Shown here: positions 34,317 through 39,072 of the stretch, in pieces
How positions within the stretch are numbered: position 1 is the first letter of the stretch
How the letters are laid out: every line of letters begins with the position of its first letter
Virus record (IMG/VR): IMGVR_UViG_3300037467_002096
Coordinates: 1 to 39,072 of that record
Source: a virus
Lineage: Duplodnaviria; Caudoviricetes
Strand: one strand, 5' to 3'
DNA: 39,072 nucleotides
Position numbers and translations under genes: made by a program
Notes under the pieces: generated by a model
What the model was told of the DNA's origin: nothing
Seen by the model: only the letters and a program-made list of their open reading frames with translations
Databases searched by the model: none

Positions 34317-35444
34317 ATGAAGTCTAACCTTCCAAGAGTTGAGCCGAGGATAACCGTAAAGGTTAATAAAATTGACAATATCCAAAACTATGATATTGAC
34401 AATAATTACCCTTTACGGATCCTTGATATAATCAAAGCATCCGGAACAGCTAAAAACTGTTCAAACCGGTTTGCAAAGTTCATTATTGGAAAAGGCTTCA
34501 AAGATTCTAAGTTTTATCAAGCAAGGGTTAACAGGAAAAGACAAACTGTTGATAAGGTACTTCGCGAAGTTGTTAGAGACTATTCCAAACTTCGTGGATG
34601 TTCCTTTCATATTAATTTCAATGCACTATTCCAGGTTAACGAAGTTACTCCAATTCCATTTGATCATTGTAGATTAGGATTACCTGATGATAATGGATAC
34701 GTTGGAAAAATTGCAATGTATGATGATTGGGGATGTCGCAAGCGTAATAAAATTGACAAAGAAAAAATTCAATTTATAGATCGTTGGAATCCTGATCCGG
34801 ATGTTATATCAAGTCAAGTTTTAAAAGCTGGTGGATGGGATAAATATAACGGTCAGATATTTTGGTATTCTGCTGATGGAGATTGTTATCCAGAAGCTGT
34901 AATTGATCCGGTTGTTGAAGATGGCGTTTCTGATCATAGCATAAAAGAATTCAGGTTGAGAAATGCAACGACCTCTTTTATGCCCTCTCATATTATTGAG
35001 TATCCATATGAATTTGAGAGTGAAGAAGAAGAACAAAATGAAAAACAGAATTGGGAGAAGTTCCAAGGAACAAAGAATGCTAATAAATTAATGCTTCTTC
35101 AAAATCCTAATCCTGATAAAAAAATAAATGTTATAAAAGTTGATTGGCAAGATACCGATAAGATTTTCCAAGTAACAAATGATACTGTTAAACAAAGTAT
35201 TATAGAGGCTTATGGAATTCCTCCTGTGCTTGCAAATATTCAAACACCTGGCAAGCTTGGAACTGCTCAGGAAATGCAAGATGCATATTTGATTTATAAT
35301 TCTGTTACGGAAGATGATAGATTAATATTTGAAGAGATTTTCAAAGAGATATTTTCCATTTACAGAAATCCAATTAACCAAACAGGTGATTATTCAATAA
35401 TCCCATTAAGTTTTAATTTACCGGTTCCACCTGCAGGATCATGA
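34317..35444 (+). CDS. Portal protein
   Basis: DNNYP, S.TA..C, I.G.GF, II.AYGIPPVL, GKLG; 375 aa, followed by the adaptor. Confidence 0.8.
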   Translation: MKSNLPRVEPRITVKVNKIDNIQNYDIDNNYPLRILDIIKASGTAKNCSNRFAKFIIGKGFKDSKFYQARVNRKRQTVDKVLREVVRDYSKLRGCSFHINFNALFQVNEVTPIPFDHCRLGLPDDNGYVGKIAMYDDWGCRKRNKIDKEKIQFIDRWNPDPDVISSQVLKAGGWDKYNGQIFWYSADGDCYPEAVIDPVVEDGVSDHSIKEFRLRNATTSFMPSHIIEYPYEFESEEEEQNEKQNWEKFQGTKNANKLMLLQNPNPDKKINVIKVDWQDTDKIFQVTNDTVKQSIIEAYGIPPVLANIQTPGKLGTAQEMQDAYLIYNSVTEDDRLIFEEIFKEIFSIYRNPINQTGDYSIIPLSFNLPVPPAGS

Positions 35445-36025
35445 CAGCATTAATAACTCTATCGGATATTAAAAATTACAAGCCTATTAGCTCTAATATA
35501 AATACAGCTAATAAGCTTGATGTTTACATTTCTGAAGCACAGCATATGGATTTACGTCCGTTGCTTGGTGATCCATTCTATTACGATTTACTAAAGGATT
35601 TTGAAGGAAGTCCTTCATTAAATAAATATCAAGATTTATATAATGGTTGCGAGTATCAAATTGGAAATTATACTTTCAAACACGAAGGACTAAAACCAAT
35701 ACTTGCTTATCTAACTTATTCTAGGTTTATAATTTCTTCAAATGATGAACCTACACCATTTGGACAAGTTCAAAAAACTAATCCCTATAGTCAGCCGGTA
35801 CCAGATAAAACTCTTCAATCTAAATCAGATCAGGCAAAATCAGGGGCGTTTTCCTATTGGGAACAAACATTAAAATATTTGAATCACAATTATAAAAAAT
35901 ATCCTTTATGGCTTATCTATTTCAATGGATATGACTATGATGATTTTTATTGTAGAAGGTTCGGCCACCATTTCGGCCATTTAAGAAATTTTAAAGGTAG
36001 ATCACGAATTTCAAGTGTAGGATGA
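35441..36025 (+). CDS. Head-tail adaptor/connector (DUF6712-like)
   Basis: I.EAQ..DL.P.LG..FY, GLK..LAY..Y.R, T.FG. Confidence 0.7.
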   Translation: MTALITLSDIKNYKPISSNINTANKLDVYISEAQHMDLRPLLGDPFYYDLLKDFEGSPSLNKYQDLYNGCEYQIGNYTFKHEGLKPILAYLTYSRFIISSNDEPTPFGQVQKTNPYSQPVPDKTLQSKSDQAKSGAFSYWEQTLKYLNHNYKKYPLWLIYFNGYDYDDFYCRRFGHHFGHLRNFKGRSRISSVG

Positions 36026-37353
36026 GCGGATTATCATTACTTAATCAAATTACTTTAAGAACCTTAACTGATCCTAACTATATCACTAAAGGTTCAGAAG
36101 TCTCTTGGGAAGAAGAGGATAATAATTTTATTATCCTGGCTGATGCTATTCGTGAGCTTTCCAATGTTAATGTTAATGGTATTGATCCATATGATCCAGC
36201 AGTTGAATATTCAAGTTCAGGTCCAAGATATGTTACTTATGGTGGCAATACCTGGGAATATATAAATCCTACTCCTCAAACTGGAATTACTCCTGGTACC
36301 GATGGTACCGTTTGGAAAATTGCTTCTCAAGGTCTTTTTTCCCATAAGCAAAATACCGATTTAAAACTTGCAGAAGGAACATCTGATGAAGTAACAGCTG
36401 CTGAAATTAGAGCTTTTATTGATGCTGGTACTATTGGTGGTGTTTGGGGGTTGATCAGTGGAACAATTACTGATCAAACTGATTTAATAAACCTATTAGA
36501 TACCAAATTTAATAAAGATGGTTCAGTTGCAATGACTGGACATGCTAATTGGGGAGGAAAGAATATAACTAACTTTGGTACTCTATATTCTGGAAATACT
36601 AATGTTATTCAAAACTCAACCAACGCAAATAATTACTTACAAGTAGCCAGTGCAGGAGTAGTATTAAATAGCAACGGAGAGGTAACAGTTCAGGCAACGG
36701 CTTTGAATGTTAATACCGGAAGTAATAAGGGTCAATTTAAGACCGACAATTTAACATCAGACAGGGTTTATCAATTCCCAGATTATGATTTTGCATTTCC
36801 TACTTCGGCTCCAGGTTCGAATACCTATTTAAAGTGGAATGGGTCTAGTTATGTTTGGGCTACTGCTTCAGGAACTACAACACTAGCTGCTTTAACAGAT
36901 GTTAATTTAACATCAGTTGCAAATGGTGATCTTTTAAAATACGATTCGGGAACTAGCAAGTGGATTAACTTCGCACCTTCTTATTTGACGGCTAACCAAA
37001 CAATAACCTTATCAGGCCATGTTACTGGTTCTGGATCAACTTCAATTTCAACAACTATAGCGAATGGCGTTGTTACCAATGCAATGCTCGCTGGAAGTAT
37101 TGCTTATTCAAAACTTTCTCTTACTGGATCAATATTGAATGCCGATTTAGCAGGAGGCATTGATTTAACCACTAAAGTTACTGGCTTACTTCCTGATGGT
37201 AATATTGCAAGTGCTGCAACATGGAACGCAAAACAAAACGCTTTAACTTTCGATAGTACCCCAACAGCGTCAAGCTCTAATCCTGTTACATCAGATGGTA
37301 TTAAGACTTATACAGATAAAAAATCCCGAATTAAAGCAATAATATTTGGCTAA
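36022..37353 (+). CDS. Tail fibre-like structural protein with a CBM5/12-like motif
   Basis: TKGS......D.NF N-terminus, WG.ISGTITDQTDL, LTDVNLT....GDLLKYD....WIN fibre repeats. Confidence 0.75.
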   Translation: MSGLSLLNQITLRTLTDPNYITKGSEVSWEEEDNNFIILADAIRELSNVNVNGIDPYDPAVEYSSSGPRYVTYGGNTWEYINPTPQTGITPGTDGTVWKIASQGLFSHKQNTDLKLAEGTSDEVTAAEIRAFIDAGTIGGVWGLISGTITDQTDLINLLDTKFNKDGSVAMTGHANWGGKNITNFGTLYSGNTNVIQNSTNANNYLQVASAGVVLNSNGEVTVQATALNVNTGSNKGQFKTDNLTSDRVYQFPDYDFAFPTSAPGSNTYLKWNGSSYVWATASGTTTLAALTDVNLTSVANGDLLKYDSGTSKWINFAPSYLTANQTITLSGHVTGSGSTSISTTIANGVVTNAMLAGSIAYSKLSLTGSILNADLAGGIDLTTKVTGLLPDGNIASAATWNAKQNALTFDSTPTASSSNPVTSDGIKTYTDKKSRIKAIIFG

Positions 37354-38156
37354 TGAAAACTAGAGTATATTCAAATTCATTAAATACAGCTACAAAACAA
37401 GTTACACTTAGTAACTACACGACTGTTAGTTTAGAAGCTATACTATCAATTATTAATGTGACAACAGGCACATTATTATATGAAATTGAAGAATCATCAT
37501 TGATTGCTACAGTATCAGGTAATGTTATTACTTTAAATTCTAGCGTTTCAATGTCTGGAATGAATAACACTGATAAAATATCAGTTATATATTGGGATCA
37601 AGATACCATTGATAATGATGTATTACCTTCTGTGGTTCGGCCTGAAATACTAGGAGGTAAAGCGGTAACAAGTTCAACTTATAACCCTGGGTATACAGAT
37701 GGAGATGCTGTAGTCGCGTCATTTGACAAGTCCAATGGAGCACAGCTTGTAAATCAAGGCCTGCTTTCGGCTTCACAAGGTGACAGTATTAAGAGTTATG
37801 AAGCGGCCACTTCAGATCCTACAATAACTGGAGGATCTTGGATAAGAATTACAAACGCAAACAGCACAGCTCAGACAGTAAAATCGAGTGCGGGTAATAT
37901 TTATTACTTAAACCTTGTTAATCTTGATGCGACACCATCTATTATTTATGTAAAATTTTATAATAAGACTGGTGCAACGTCTTCAGATACTCCATTTTTA
38001 ACTATTCCGGTAGCGAGCGGAGTTGGTCAAATGGTTAATATAAGAAATATAATTCCATTTGATACCGCTTGTTCGGTAAGATGTGTAACGGGAAGTGCAG
38101 ATAATAACACCACAGCCCCGGCAACTAGTCCCATCATAGAAATTAGATACGCATAA
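37353..38156 (+). CDS. Virion structural protein (fibre-associated)
   Basis: S/T-rich beta protein; VKSSAG......N....YVKFYN. Confidence 0.6.
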   Translation: MKTRVYSNSLNTATKQVTLSNYTTVSLEAILSIINVTTGTLLYEIEESSLIATVSGNVITLNSSVSMSGMNNTDKISVIYWDQDTIDNDVLPSVVRPEILGGKAVTSSTYNPGYTDGDAVVASFDKSNGAQLVNQGLLSASQGDSIKSYEAATSDPTITGGSWIRITNANSTAQTVKSSAGNIYYLNLVNLDATPSIIYVKFYNKTGATSSDTPFLTIPVASGVGQMVNIRNIIPFDTACSVRCVTGSADNNTTAPATSPIIEIRYA

Positions 38157-39072
38157 TGATTTCAAGAAACTTTATATCACGTTCAAAAATATCAAGGTCT
38201 AAGGCAAGTAGGATCTTCGGCTCTGCTTCTCCTTTGGATCTTGGGTTTAACTTTTGGGCTGACATGATGGATTCTGGAACGTTTGTTTATGGTTCTGGGT
38301 CACTTGTTGAACAGTTAATAAATAAAGCTTCTATTGGTGTTTCCTTCCCTGAACTGGTAAACAATGGAACCTTTGATTCCAATGTAACTGGATGGACAGC
38401 CTTTGTTACTACAGTTGTTTGGGATGCTACAGGGGGCGGAAGTATGAAGGTAACTAATACTTCGGCCGGATTCGGATTAGCATTTCAAACAATAACAACT
38501 GTACCTGGAAGACAATATAGGATTAAAGCTTCTGCAATTGGAGGAACCTCAACAACTTCGAAGGTTCAGGTATTAGATTCAGTAACAGGTACGGCTCTTT
38601 ACAATCCCTCTGCTGCTCCAGGTTCAACTAATTCATTTGATGCTACTTTTGTAGCCCTTGGAACAACTACCAACATACGTTTTGTAAATGACAATGTTAA
38701 TGGAAGTACTTTGTTTTGGGATAACATAAGTATGAAGGTCATTGATGCAGAGTTACAGCAAACTTCCGCGAATCAAGGAACCTATGTTTCAAATGGAATA
38801 AACGGGAATCCCGCAGTTCAATTTAACGGATCATCAAACTATTATACTAACAATTCCAAATTAATTAACAAGGCTTATACAAAGTTCGCTACAATAAAAT
38901 TTGATATTACAGCAACGGGTAATAATTATATATTCGGGAATTCAGTAGGATCCGCTCAGCACTTTATGTACTTAGCTGTTTCAGGAACTACCATAACCGT
39001 TAACGGCACTATCAACACTTATAACATAGTAACTTTAGACGCGGCAAATCCATTTACAATAATTGAAACATT
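38156..39072 (+). CDS. 5' part of a lectin-like receptor-binding protein (CBM4/9-like domain inside a LamG-like domain); runs off the window
   Basis: Open from ATG 38156 to the end: ELVNNGTFDSNVTGW...FQTITTVPGRQY...WDNISMK, then INGNPAVQFNG. Confidence 0.75.
   Translation, partial: MISRNFISRSKISRSKASRIFGSASPLDLGFNFWADMMDSGTFVYGSGSLVEQLINKASIGVSFPELVNNGTFDSNVTGWTAFVTTVVWDATGGGSMKVTNTSAGFGLAFQTITTVPGRQYRIKASAIGGTSTTSKVQVLDSVTGTALYNPSAAPGSTNSFDATFVALGTTTNIRFVNDNVNGSTLFWDNISMKVIDAELQQTSANQGTYVSNGINGNPAVQFNGSSNYYTNNSKLINKAYTKFATIKFDITATGNNYIFGNSVGSAQHFMYLAVSGTTITVNGTINTYNIVTLDAANPFTIIET

Larger units (their letters stand above)
1..39072. mobile_element. Temperate tailed phage genome segment, Bacteroidota host, apparently in excised/attP configuration
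   Basis: Integrase, repressor/Cro, replication, terminase, portal, capsid, tape measure and lysis genes all present; no host housekeeping genes; arm repeats on both sides of the att core. Confidence 0.95.

Noticed and set aside
35940-35985. Short tandem TTCGGCCAY repeat in the adaptor C-terminal tail
   Set aside because: Only two 9-bp copies; most likely a trivial slippage duplication
911-37776. Numerous short antisense or alternate-frame ORFs in the track (e.g. 911-1132, 7169-7399, 14169-14507, 17952-18335, 32370-32657)
   Set aside because: They lie within well-supported genes, have no motifs and look like shadow ORFs; only 10394-11122 has independent motif support
1-39072. CRISPR array, diversity-generating retroelement, invertible cassette or IS
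   Set aside because: No regularly spaced repeat-spacer units, reverse transcriptase, TR/VR pair, invertase or transposase seen

Overview
The whole window is a contiguous piece of a temperate tailed (siphovirus-like) phage genome. The host is most likely Bacteroidota (Cytophagales/Flavobacteriia-like): AT-rich, TAnnTTTG promoters, A-rich start regions almost free of Shine-Dalgarno sites, and a lipobox lipoprotein. Gene order: lysis cassette (holin, GH19 endolysin, holin); an intact attP with a tRNA-3'-end core flanked by paired arm repeats; tyrosine integrase; immunity switch; recombination/replication genes; nin-like accessory genes; TerS and TerL; tail genes; tape measure; four glycosyltransferases; Clp protease/scaffold; capsid; tail tube; portal; adaptor; tail-fibre/lectin genes running off the end. 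Main observations: (1) a C5 methyltransferase with a second 242-aa protein nested in another frame that supplies motif IX and three repeats; (2) a repressor with no autoprotease domain facing a small HTH-less protein resembling its C-terminal coiled coil (SinI/SinR-like antirepressor candidate); (3) a four-glycosyltransferase island inside the virion gene block; (4) a T9 slippery site whose -1 frame gives the more plausible C-terminus and ends inside a 5'-truncated tRNA-Met; (5) a promoter-hairpin-terminator sRNA unit next to attP; (6) shared cis motifs (operator palindrome, two promoter-region motifs, a parS-like site). All product calls come from motif recognition by eye; no database searches were run.
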